Assembly (NCBI RefSeq): GCF_036588685.1
Contig: NC_086375.1
Location: 22,878,001 to 22,942,000, forward strand
Reading direction: 5' to 3'
Source of the DNA: Mytilus trossulus
Taxonomy: Eukaryota
Length of the DNA stretch: 64,000 nucleotides
The translations under genes and the position numbers were made by a program. Shown piece by piece: positions 1 to 11,754 of the stretch (position 1 is its first letter; each line of letters opens with the position of its first letter). The notes under the pieces were generated by a model. It ran no database searches, had not been told where the DNA came from, and saw nothing but the letters and a program-made list of their open reading frames with translations.

Positions 1-104
1 GCCCCCCCCCCCCTCTTTTTTTTACCCTCCACTAACAAATGAATGTAGCTTGTGTGCTATCTATCCTATCAACGTCAAACGAACAACAACTCCATTTTCC
101 CCCT

Positions 105-3100
105 ATTAATAGGTCTTTCACCTTTCGGATGAAAGACCTATTGTTTTTGTTCTGATTATTAGGTCTTTCCACCTTTCCGTGGAAAGACCTATTGAATTTG
201 TTCTGATTATTATTATTAGGTCTTTCCACCTTTCCGTGGAAAGACCTATTGAATTTGTTCTGATTATTATTATTATTATTAGGTCTTTCCACCTTTCCGT
301 GGAAAGACCTATTGAATTTGTTCTGATTATTATTATTAGGTCTTTCCACCTTTCCGTGGAAAGACCTATTGTATTTGTTCTGATTATTATTATTATTATT
401 ATTATTATTATTTTTTTTTTTTTTTTTCTTCCGCCTAAATTTTATTCTTGCGCAGTATTGATGTTTCAAAAGATGTCGCTTAGATATTTGGAATATGATG
501 TCGTATAGTTTATACGCTTTAAAAAATTACAACTGCGTCACAAAATACTTTACGTTGTAAGAGTTATCTTCCCAAATACTGTTTTTCTTGTGGCCACTAC
601 TCCTTCGCAACCGTAAAAGATTACGACAAATTTATTTTACCAAATTGCTCGTTACTACTTCAGGATTAGGATATTCATTTGGACCGAAGTTATCCGGAGA
701 CTTCATATGAGAGTTATTTCCCCTTATGCATTTGATATAAGTGATATGCGTTTCTAACTGGTAAACCATCAGTGATATAGGCCTAGGGTCTTTGGATTAA
801 AGTTCATTGTTTCAAAAAAATGAAAATAAGGTCAAGGTCAAAGGTCAAGGTCATATTCTAAATTTTGATTTTGGCTTATTTTCTTTATTTTCAACAACCG
901 TGAAAGATATTGACAAATAATTTTAACTAAATTGTGAGTTGCGACATGTTGTAACTTATAAATTTTGGTTGGAAGGGTGCGTAAACAATAAATGAGAGTT
1001 TTCGCCCAACTTATATTTAAAATCATGCCTTAAGTGATATAACTCATTAACCATACATATTACAGACCTAGGATCTTTTTATTTGAGGTCCTTGGTTGGT
1101 GACCTTGAAATTGAGGTCAAGGTCAAAGGTTAATAGGACGTTCTGGATTTTGACCTTTGCTTTAAATTCACATTTATACATTATAAAGTCATAGGAACTG
1201 ACATTTTAGATTGATTTTTAATATTTTGAAAAAAAAATAGATCTCGACTTGTGGAAAGACCTTCAATTGTTCTCTGAACAATTGGTTTTTAATTATTTTT
1301 TTTTTTTTTTTTCTTCCGCCTAATTTTTTTCTTGCGTAGTATTGAGGTTTCAAAAGATGTCGCTTCGATATTTGAAATATCATATCATATAGTTTTTACG
1401 CTTTAAAAATTCACAACGACAAAATAAAATACTTTACGTTGTAAGAGTTATCTCCCCTTACACTGTTTTTCTTGTGGCCACTACTCCTTCGCAACCGTAA
1501 AAGATTACGACAAATTTATTTTACCAAATTGCTCGTTACATCTTCAGGATTAGGATATTCATTTGGACCGAAGCTTTACGGAGACTCCATATGAGAGTTA
1601 TTCCCCCTTTTTCATTTGATTCAAGTGATATGCATTTTCAACTGGTAAACCATAAGTGATAGAGACCTAGGGTCTTCAGATTTGAGGTCCTTGGTCCAAA
1701 AAAAATGAAAATGAGGTCAAGGTCAAAGGTCAAGGTCATATTCTAAATTTTGATTTTGGCTTAGTTTCACTTATTTTCAAATACCTTATGACATATCGTC
1801 GAATAATTTTTCATAAATTGTTAGTTGTAACATGTCCTTACTTGTCTATTTTGGTTGAAACGGTGCCCACACAATAAATGGGTGTTTTTGCCCATCTTAA
1901 ATTTAGAATTAAGCGTAAAGTTATATTACTCATTAACCAAACATATTTAAGACCTAGGGTCTTTTGACTTAAGGTCCTTGGTTTGTGACCTTGAAATTGA
2001 GGTCAAGGTCATAGGTTAATAGCACGTTCTAGATTTTGATATTCGCTTTAAATTCATATTAACACATCATAAAGCCATAGGAACTGACATTTCAAACTGA
2101 TTTTTCATATTTCAATAATCAAAATAGATCTTAACTAGTGGAAAGACCTTCAATTGTTCTCTGAACAATTGGTTTTTAATTTTTTTTTTTTTTCTTCCGC
2201 CTAAATTTTTTTCTTGCGTAGTATTGATGTTTCAAAAGATGTCGCTCAGATATTTGGAATATGATGTCGTAGAGTTTATACGCTTTAAAAATTTACAACT
2301 GCGTAACAAAATACTTTACGTTGTAAGAGTTATCTCCCCAAACACTGTTTTTCTTGTGGCCACTACTCCTTTGTAAACGTAAAGGATTACGACAAATTTA
2401 TTTTACCAAATTGCTCGTTACGTCTTAGAGATTAGGGTATTCATTTGGACCGAAGCTTTACAGAGACTCCATATGAGAGTTATTCCCCCTTTTTCATTTG
2501 ATTCAAGTGGTATATATTTCTAACTAGTAAACCATAAGTGATAGAGACCTAGGGTCCTCAGATTTGAGGTCCTTGGTAAAAAAAAAATGAAAATGAGGTC
2601 AAGGTCAAAGGTCAAGGTCATATTCTAAATTTTGATTTTGGCTTATTTTCACTTATTTTCAAATACGTTATGACATATATAAATCATTTTTCATAAATTG
2701 TTAGTTGCGACATGTCCTTACTTGTATATTCTGGTTGAAAGGGTGCGCAGACAATAAATGGGATTTTTTGCCCATCTTACATTTAGAATAACGCGTCAAG
2801 TGATATTACTCATTAACCAAACATATATAAGACCTAGGGTCTTTTGATTTAAGGTCCTTGGTTTGTGACCTTAAAATTGAGGTCAAGGTCATAGGTTAAA
2901 GGACGTTCTAGATTTTGACCTTTGCTTTAAATTCATATTAATACATCCTAAAGCCATAGGAACTAACATTTTAAACTGATTTTTCATATTTCAATATCAA
3001 AATAGAACTTTACTAGTGGAAAGACCTTCAATTGTTCTCTGAACAATTGGTTTTTAATTATTTTATTTTTTTTTCTTCCGCCTAAATTTTTTTCTTGCGT

Positions 3101-3954
3101 AGTATTGATGTTTCAAAAGATGTCGCTCAGATATTTGGAATATGATGTCGTATAGTTTATACGCTTTAAAAATTGACAACTGCGTAACATAATACTTTAC
3201 GTTGTAAGAGTTATCTCCCCAAACACTGTTTTTCTTGTGGCCACTACTCCTTCGCAACCGTAAAAGATTACGACAAATTTATTTTACCAAATTGCTCGTT
3301 ACTTCTTCAGGATTAGGATATTCATTTGGACCGAAGTTATCCGGAGACTCCATATGAGAGTTATTTCCCCTTATGCATTTGATATAAGTGATATGCGTTT
3401 CTAACTGGTAAACCATCAGTGATATAGCCCTAGGGTCTTTGGATTCAAGTTCCTTGGTTCAAAAAAATGAAAATAAGGTCAAGGTCAAAGGTCAAGGTCA
3501 TATTCTAAATTTTTGGCTTACTTTTTTTTTATTTTGGCTTATTTTCTCTTATTTTCAACAACCGTGAAAGATATTGACAAATTATGTTTACTTAATTGTG
3601 AGTTGCGACATGTGGTAACTTATAAATTTTGGTTGGAAGGGTGCGTAAACAATAAATGAGAGTTTTCGCCCATCTTATATTTAAAATCATGCCCAAAGTG
3701 ATATAACTCATTAACCATACATATAACAGACCTAGGGTCTTTTTATTTGAGGTCCTTGGTTGGTGACCTTGAAATTTAGGTCAAGGTCAAAGCTTAAAAG
3801 GACGTTCTAGATTTTGACCTTTGCTTTAAATTCATATTTATACATTATAAAGTCATAGGAACTGACATTTTAGATTGATTTTTAATATTTTGATAAAAAA
3901 ATAGATCTTTACTTGTGGAAAGACCTTCAATTGTTCTTTGAACAATTGGTTTTT
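105..3954 (+). mobile_element. Cluster of non-autonomous Helentron/HINE (DINE-1-like) elements: 5 stacked 5' heads followed by 4 bodies of ~880-900 bp
   Basis: Heads start at 111, 161, 218, 281 and 338. Each is a hairpin (AGGTCTTTCCAC-ctttcc-GTGGAAAGACCT), then attg(a/t)atttgttctg, then (ATT)n. Bodies lie at ~411-1290, 1291-2177, 2178-3055 and 3056-3954. Each body ends in the subterminal IR GTGGAAAGACCT, a 3' hairpin AATTGTTC-tct-GAACAATT and GGTTTT. SubTIR + short IR + microsatellite + 3' hairpin at T-rich sites is the established Helentron/HINE architecture. Confidence 0.8.
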
Positions 3955-4423
3955 AATTATATTTATTGCGTTTCTGCTTAGAAAATGTGTTAATTGATAT
4001 GAATTTTGAAAGGCGCATTCAATAACTACAAAAACAGTCAGTGTGTCTTGTTTGCACACTTAGGTTGCAAGAGCAGTTTGAGAAGAAAAATATCTCCTTT
4101 TTACTGGTGTACGTTTGTCCTTGATTTAAATAGTTCTATCGTCCTAAAGATTGAACTCAAAACATATCTCTAAGTACATCGCTTGAGGATAACAGTATTT
4201 TGATCACTCATGTTCTTTTATGGATTACAAATTCGTCCGCAAGATAATTTCCCGATTTGGGTTGTAATGTTTTTGTCACCAAGCAAACGACTTACCCATC
4301 ATTTTGCTCTGGATTCCACCCAGATAAGTAGAAAAATCAGTCAAGTGTGCACAGATAAGATAGATCTGAAATATATACATTATTCTCAGTCCCCTTACCT
4401 GTTTTGACCCAACTATCTCCATC

Positions 4424-7400
4424 ATGAAAGTCTTCATTGCCATTTGTTGTTTGGTGGCTGTGTTTGGGCAGGAGCCACCGCCATGTGGTAAGTTTTTATT
4501 GCATTAATTTTTATAATTAGATATAATTGATAAACTTTCCAAAACAAACCTGTTTAAAAAAACTGAAACCTACATGTACTTTGTCGGGTACAAGGAGAGG
4601 GTAGGTCAAATAGAGCTCTCCTTCAGATTCAATATAAAAAAAAAGAAGATGTGGTATGATTGCCAATGAGACAACTACCCACAAAAGACCAAAATGACAC
4701 AAACATTAACAACTCAAATAAGACACAGGTAACCAGCAATGTAAACATCAGTCATTACTGAGGCATTTAATAAAAATCTAACTTCATTATCTACAATACT
4801 TAAATTTTCGATGGTATATGTATAGTGGCTGTTTTTACTTTACCATTACATTAAGAATCCAAAATTCCAAATTTCGAATATTCAATGGCAAAACACATTG
4901 TAATCTTTGTTGTAAGAGTTATTTAATTACCATATGACATAGACAAATTATTATATGACATTGGTGTATGCAACATTGTTAAGAACAAATAATTGAACTG
5001 ATGGAATGCATGAGTTTTTAATTCCTGACTGTAAAATAGGTTCAACTGACGTCAAACGAGCTTTTTTCGTATTACATTTTAGCACTTAAGAATGTTTCTC
5101 GTGATGCAATATATTTCCGTAAAAATTAGTAAAAAATTACTAGGGAAATAACTGTTGAAGTTATGTCTTCTAAAAATATAATACAAAGATAGAAGCCATC
5201 CTCGCCGGCGGAATACAAAACGCATTGCAGTTCCACAAAACATTAAAATGAAAACCAAAGGCTGGGCCATATGAACCGCATTCACTTGCAAATTTCAGAA
5301 TTTTCAGCACTTGCTTAAAAGGTTGTTAATTCATAATTACTAATTTAATATAAAAAGTTAGACATAGCTGTATCGTTTGAGTTAATTTTCTATTTCATAG
5401 TATGTGAAGTGTCAGAAAATTTATGTTATAGTTATAGTTTCACTTCTCTACAAAACAATATTTTTTTATTCGTATTCCATTCCAGAATCACCAAAACAAT
5501 GGGAAGGCCGACGTGTAGCGGTAAGTAGGCATTGAAATTACTAAACACAATATTTGATATGGCCTTCTCGTACGCCGTACGTCTTTAACGAAAGAAAGAC
5601 AACTCACGATTAATTTAGTTTTAAAGAACTATAATATTCTTCTAAAGATAAAAGGCGGCACAGCTAACAGCTACAGAATTATCTGATAAAAACCTTTATA
5701 TAAGCTTTGCATCGCTCCTACTTGTATGGAACACAACAAAAATCCTAGTGTCGTAAAAGACAATATAAAACGGATTCGAAAGGTACCGAAAGGGACATGC
5801 AAAGTCATAAGTCGGAAATAAACTGACAACGCCATTGCAAAAAAAATAAAAAGACCAAGAGACAACACTATACAAAACACAAAATAGAAAACCAAAGATT
5901 GAGCAACACGAACCAAAGAAAAAACTAGGGGTGTTCTATAAAAAGCTAATTTAAGGATGCTCAAATCTCACACAAATCCTCTAACAACATATAAATCGAG
6001 GTAAATGATTGTAGTTCCAATACCAGAGAAACCGGATGCGTCGACAGAACAGCTTTTCGTATGCAGCCATCACTTGCCATATGGACCCACACTCCGTTAG
6101 AAAAGTCTCAACCCAAAATATGACACAATCGTTACGACGACTTATAAAAATAAAACATAGTAGGCTTAATTTATATATGATTCAGAAAGTCAGACGAGCG
6201 TTTCTTCTTACATAAGATTCGTAAGTGGTGCTCAAACCAAAGCAGGTGACAAACAATACTAAAAAGATGTATCTCTTTTTGCGATTTATACTAAATGTTC
6301 GATATAACTGTAATCCAATTGGTGATTTTAATTTTTGTCATTCAAAATTTATTTCAGTATGACAGGTCAAAAATGTTTGAAGAAAGATCAAAGGTCAGCT
6401 ACGATGAAACAAACGAAAGAGTGAGGATTGTAGAAGAAATAGAAATTGGTCAGGACAGAGAATACTATGATGTTCTATACCTCCATAACATTGTAAGTAT
6501 ATTGTTGAAGACAGAGATATATTTACTATATTATATACATCCATAACATTTTAAGTAAATAAGAAAGGACACAGATATTACGACGGTGTGCTTTACCTCT
6601 ATAACATTGTGAATAAATTGACGAAGACAAATAATATTACGATGTTCTGTAACTCCTCAACAAAGTAAGAAAATTGATGAAACCGGAGATTACCAAAATG
6701 TTCTTCACCTTTTAAACATTGTAATTAAATTGCTAGAGCATGTACTACTACGATGTTTTATACCTTCTAGACATTGTTAGTAAATAAGAGGCAACAATTG
6801 TTAACCGATGTTAAAAGACACCAAGTTGATACCTTAGTACGCCAGACAACCTTCTATTATTCGTTTACATAAGACTCATCAGTGGCGCTCGAATCAAAAT
6901 AGAATCATATTCAAAACAGTGTGGTCCTGGCCATTGATTGACGACCTAAATTATCCCATTGACTGGGACAGATTAGGTGAACGTTTGTCGGTAACAATCA
7001 CTGCTCACTATGTACATGTTAAAGACACCGAATCTGTGGGGTCACCAAAGGTTCTCAACACCTAAATAAAGCAATTCGAAAAACTAATCCGGAATAATAG
7101 GATGTGTTGATTTATATCAATAATATAAATCAAAACATAAAGGTTATTCCTGAATAATTTTTCGAATTATTTTATTATTAAAAGCGTTAAGAACCTTTGG
7201 TGACCCCACAGTTTAAATTCTATAATAAGTAAGAAGTGAGCAATGGTCGTTACCGACAAACGTTCACCTAATCTGTCCCAGTCAATGGGATAATTTAGGT
7301 CGTCAATAAATGGCCAGGACCACACTGTTTTGAATATGATTCTACTAAGAAAGCCAATTGCTGACTTTTCAGTGCTCTTCATCTTTGTTCTTCTTAGAAC

Positions 7401-8389
7401 GCAGTCGGAGGGCACTGGAAATCAAACATCCTTAAAAGTCTCGTAAATCTATTTTCAATTTAATTTTCAAAAACCTGGATTTTATGTAACATTGCATTAG
7501 TTTGGATCGAAAGCTTTGCAAACATCTTGGAGAATGATTTCCAAGAACTGTTTGAAGATAACTAGGGGGAAATCAGCAACCATAGATATATCCGTTATTA
7601 TATATAAATTCGTATATGAAATATACACAACTGTCATAAATTTACACTTTTAATTTTAAAGGGAAAAGAATACAGATTAAATTTCAAAACGCGCCAATGT
7701 AATGTAACAGAACTGACAAGACCATTCAGACCTTTCGGAGTACCTCCAGAGGCAGAGTTCGAAGGATCTGCAACTCTCGGGGTTTCAGGTCTACCCGGAG
7801 AGTTTCTTACCATAGAAAATTTTGCAGGAGATTTGAAGCGTGAAAGCACACGATTCTTTGGTTTTGTTACATCACCTGACTGTTATCCTGTTCAAGCCAA
7901 CTTCATGAGCACCGATACCGGTTTAGTTACCATGTCGTAAGTATTTTGTGGATAACAAATGGTGTATTCGAACACATTTGTGTACTTGTGTAATCGAACA
8001 CACAATTTTATGATTGTTCCTGTTCTTAGTTATGATTTGGACTTGTTTAAAATAAATAAATAGAGAATTGTTCATTGAAAAGAAAATGTTTTTTTTATGT
8101 GGAACCCTTTCCAAAGTTTTGGAGTCTTTATGAAAAAACCCGGGAAATGGGTGCAGATGGTGCACGTTTACACAGAATTGACTGCCTGATTGTATGAATT
8201 TGTAATGTGGCAGCCATTTCCCTTCATTTGCTCTATTTTAGTTGCTATTTACCAAAGTAATGCACGTGAATCAGACACAACTGAAGAATTGTCTAATAGT
8301 ATGAATTTACTTTTTTCAGATTCTATGACATCAACGTTGGAATCACAGATCCAAATGTTTTTATTCCACCTCCAGAATGTTTTAAATAA
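4424..8389 (+). CDS. Ependymin-related protein (EPDR family), secreted, 192 aa, 5 coding exons
   Basis: Exons 4424-4487, 5486-5520, 6358-6492, 7662-7936 and 8320-8389. All introns are GT-AG with phases 1,0,0,2; total 579 nt. Translation: signal peptide MKVFIAICCLVAVFG, then QEPPPCESPKQWEGR...SYDETNERVR...LYLHNIGKEYRLNFKTRQCN...DCYPV...FYDINVGITDPNVFIPPPECFK*. CxSPxQWEGR, SYD and FYDIxxGIxDPxVFxPPxxC are ependymin hallmarks. Confidence 0.93.
6189..6240 (-). ncRNA. Decayed type I hammerhead ribozyme remnant (retrozyme/Penelope-associated)
   Basis: The minus strand reads gagcaccacTTACGAatcttatgtaagaaGAAAcgctcGTCtgac. GAAA and the minimal helix III/GUC are kept, but the CUGAUGA core is mutated. 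It is homologous to 6838-6899. Confidence 0.5.
6452..6790 (+). repeat. Degenerate ~57-bp minisatellite (6 units) built from the EPDR exon 3 end and its 5' splice site
   Basis: The first unit, gacagagaatactatgatgttctatacctccataacatt|gtaagtatattgttgaa, is repeated with divergence five more times into the intron. Confidence 0.8.
6838..6899 (-). ncRNA. Decayed type I hammerhead ribozyme remnant (retrozyme/Penelope-associated)
   Basis: The minus strand reads gagcgccaCTGATGAgtcttatgtaaacGAATaatagaaggttGTCtggcgta. The CUGAUGA core and stem II are present; GAAA and helix III are damaged. Confidence 0.55.
6902..7342. mobile_element. Foldback MITE with >100-bp TIRs and TA TSD in EPDR intron 3
   Basis: gaatcatattcaaaacagtgtggtcctggccatt...aacgtttgtcggtaac at the left end is the reverse complement of the right end. 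An inner arm pair is ctgtggggtcaccaaaggttct / agaacctttggtgaccccacag. TA flanks it at 6900-6901 and 7343-7344. Confidence 0.85.
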
Positions 8390-9223
8390 AGTTTTAAAAA
8401 ATATTTTCAAAACATAAACAAATAAAAATATGCTAAAGAACAGTAACAGTAAAAAAAACCACTAAAAATTGCATACCTCATGTTTTTAATGTATGTCATG
8501 ATAGTTTGCGTTACATGTTATAAATAAAAGTAAATATATGCCATATGCTTACCGTATGTGAGCAAATACTATAAATTGTAATTATGAACAAACATCTATG
8601 ATGTCAGTTTCCTAATAAAGGTTGGCTGTGTTTTTAATTTCTATCACTCCTATTCGATATTTCAATAAGTTTAATTATTTAAGAATTAAACAGGGATGTG
8701 TTACTTTTTCTTTCTTTTTCTTGTGTACAATTTGTTCTGAAGATCTGTTGTACACTTTGAATTGGAGTAAAACGGAATCCTAAAAAAAAAGTATAATAAA
8801 AATACCGCATGGCAAATTTATAAAACAAGAGCCCATAAAAACTGTAATTAATGTAACGCAAACAAACATTGGAACAAGAGAAAACGATGTTATTGTTAAG
8901 ATATTGATAAAGAGGTCGATGCAAGAAATAAACGGAATATTTCTGGAAGGGTTAGCGGTTCCCGTTCTTATAGTATGCATAAATGCTACAGTAGTATACA
9001 GTGTTCAAATGTCATAAATCGATTGAGAGAAAAGTAATCCGGGTTAAAAACTAAAACCGAGGGAAACACATCAACCATAAAAGGAAAACAATTAATAAAA
9101 AACAAGAAACCGAAATGCAATAAAAACAAACGCCAATATACAAATAAACGAACCATTTGATAACAACTGCCTTATTCATGACTTGGTACAGGACATTTAA
9201 GAAATGTTGGAGCAGTTTCTGTG

Positions 9224-9610
9224 TTAGGAGCACTCACGAGCATTACGTATCAATTGAGATACGTAAGCACCGTATGACGGAGCAGAGGATATTAAAATAG
9301 TACTGAGAATTGGAAAATTGATAATTTGGAAGTTGAAATCATCCCGTTTGTCATAGAAGTCAGTGTGAAGTCGTCCATCTGTGTCAATATTGTGGTAAAG
9401 ATCAAGGTATGGAACATTCCTTCTTGTATCAGTAGTATCCATAATTTCAAGTTGGGATATATGAGATGCAAGTTCTGACTGGAATATGGGTTATACAGTG
9501 AAGGGACAACATCAATATATACCAGTATCTGCAAATAAATTTAATAATTTTGCAAGGTGCTTTTTCTTTTTGTCTTTTAAAAGGTTCTGAATGAATTTTG
9601 CTTCATAAGG
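9224..9610 (-). mobile_element. Penelope-like element RT C-terminal fragment (decayed)
   Basis: YLDL...DGRLHTDFYDKRDDFNFQIINFP...SAPSYGAYVSQLIR matches the recalled PLE RT/thumb motif YDKRDDFNFxIVNFP...AYGVYxSQLIRY. It is frameshifted. Confidence 0.75.
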
Positions 9611-11754
9611 TGTCACATATACTGTGAGTTTATGCTTATATTGTTAGCACTTAAATCGAGATGACTTAAATTTATTGCATATACGATGTTGAATTTGTTT
9701 AAAGTAGATATTGGTGAGATAGACCGACACAGAAGAACATTTGTAACCAAACGAAAAATCCTATTCTAAATAAGTTTTGATTATTTCCCTTTACAAACAT
9801 ATTAATATTCATTAACTTATATTTATTATCTACATGGGGATCTACAAATATGGTGAACGCTAGACTTTGCAACTTCTGAAAGCACCTTACCTTAGTCTTA
9901 CGACACCCTTGATAACAAAGCCACCCTCATATACGAAAATACATTATGGCTGAAAATATATACCTGCTGTTTTGCTCAGTATATACATCATATGGTTTAC
10001 CGTCACAGTGGCGGATTTGTGATTACCGAAAAGGGGACCACTGACTGGGATCAGCACAACTTATTACAGCAATTGGTTAAACATGAGTAACACATCAGGT
10101 GTTACTAGTAGAACAGGGCTGCTGTTGGTCCATTCTGGAGCACCCGATTTCACCTCCGGTTTAATAACCGTACTTTTTGCTCAATCTTGAGTGTTTTTTA
10201 ATGATGTTTGGTTATTTGTGTTCGTCTTAAAGTAGTTTTTAGTTGTGTGCATTGTTGTCCGTTATTGACCTCACGATCTCTTTACCTTTTCAAACACATT
10301 CTATAACATCCTTTGGAATACACAGATTTTACCCCCAGACCAAAAATGTAGGATTTGTACAAACAAAACGTGCGTCGTACAACACTGTTAGTCTGATGCT
10401 TTGATTCATTTGTACATACTTATGTATGTAAGTTAAAATACATGAAAATCAATTTATTTAGATATGAAACGATGCGGTATGAGTGTCAATGAGACAACTG
10501 TCCATCGATATATCCAATTCACAATTGGTATAAGAAAACCATTATAGGTCAAAGTACGGTCTTCTTCACGGAACCTAGACTCACACCGAACAGAAATATA
10601 TTAAGGGCCCCAAAAATCACTAGTATAAAACCATCCAAACGGTAAAACCGACGGTCTAATCTATATAATAAACGTGCAAACAAATCCAGTGAGTTAAACG
10701 TTTCAATAGGTACCAACCTTCACCCTTACCGAAACAATAGTGTAACATCACAATATAGAAAGACGTACTTTAAAATAAACTTTAAGGTTATTACATCCTC
10801 TTCTTGTACACCAATTCTGAAAAACCTATTAAAACGCAGATCTCTGGTTTTGTAATCCTCATATGATATAATATATACGAGCACTCTAATTAAAATATGA
10901 CTGTATTCTAATCAGACTGAACATATGACAATGTGATAGTGTTACTAATGTTTGTGAGTGCTCAACTCCAGCCTATCACAGGACAGTGATGCAACTAAAC
11001 AGTACAACATAAGAACAAACTGTAAATATAAGATGGAAAATTACTGAACTCATAATACCGGCAAGTAGCATAAAACGCCTATAGGAAAAAGACAAAATTA
11101 ACGTGCCTTACTGAATTCATTAATTATTCTAATGGTGTGTTGTTGCAACTCTATCACACGCGTGTTAATAACACTAAGAGTGTTTTGAGAAGTAACAAAC
11201 AATCAAACCTGACACATTATTTGCGTGTCTGTCCAAATAGAGGAGCATATAATTAGGTGGTGGTCTTTGGTTGTTGTCTGTCATATTAGTATTGCATGTG
11301 TCCATCACTCTATGGTTTTCGAGATTGGATATGTCTTGTAGGAGCTACTAGCCTACTATACAGTTTGGGTTGTGTATCATTGTTGAAGGCCATACTGTGC
11401 CCTATTATTGTATACATTTACGTCTCTGCATGGGACTCTCAAGCTGTAACTAGATGTCTTGTTAGCAAGCTTTAACATACCGGCAGCATCTTTTTATTTC
11501 TATGATTTTTTAGTATGTGTAAGATGGTTAGGTACCAGTCGATTTCGTGTTTTGGAGTAACTACTTTCACAAAATTATATTGGGCCATAGAAAATACATT
11601 AAGATAGTACTTGTTATGTGCCCTTGTTTTGTTTGGAGTTTTTCTAATTCATTTGTATTCAATAAAGCATTGACTCAGTAATTGAACTTATCTTCTTAGT
11701 TCCGGGCGAATTACATCTTACAAGAGGCAGGTCGGTTTCTGTCATCCCTTCATA

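Noticed and set aside
105-410. CRISPR-like array of palindromic repeats
   Set aside because: The intervening sequences are near-identical apart from ATT count, there are no cas genes, the context is eukaryotic, and the palindrome matches the subTIR at the end of each downstream body.
32-508. ORFs 32-469(-) and 179-508(+) with poly-Asn or poly-Ile repeats
   Set aside because: These are translations of the (ATT)n and hairpin repeats.
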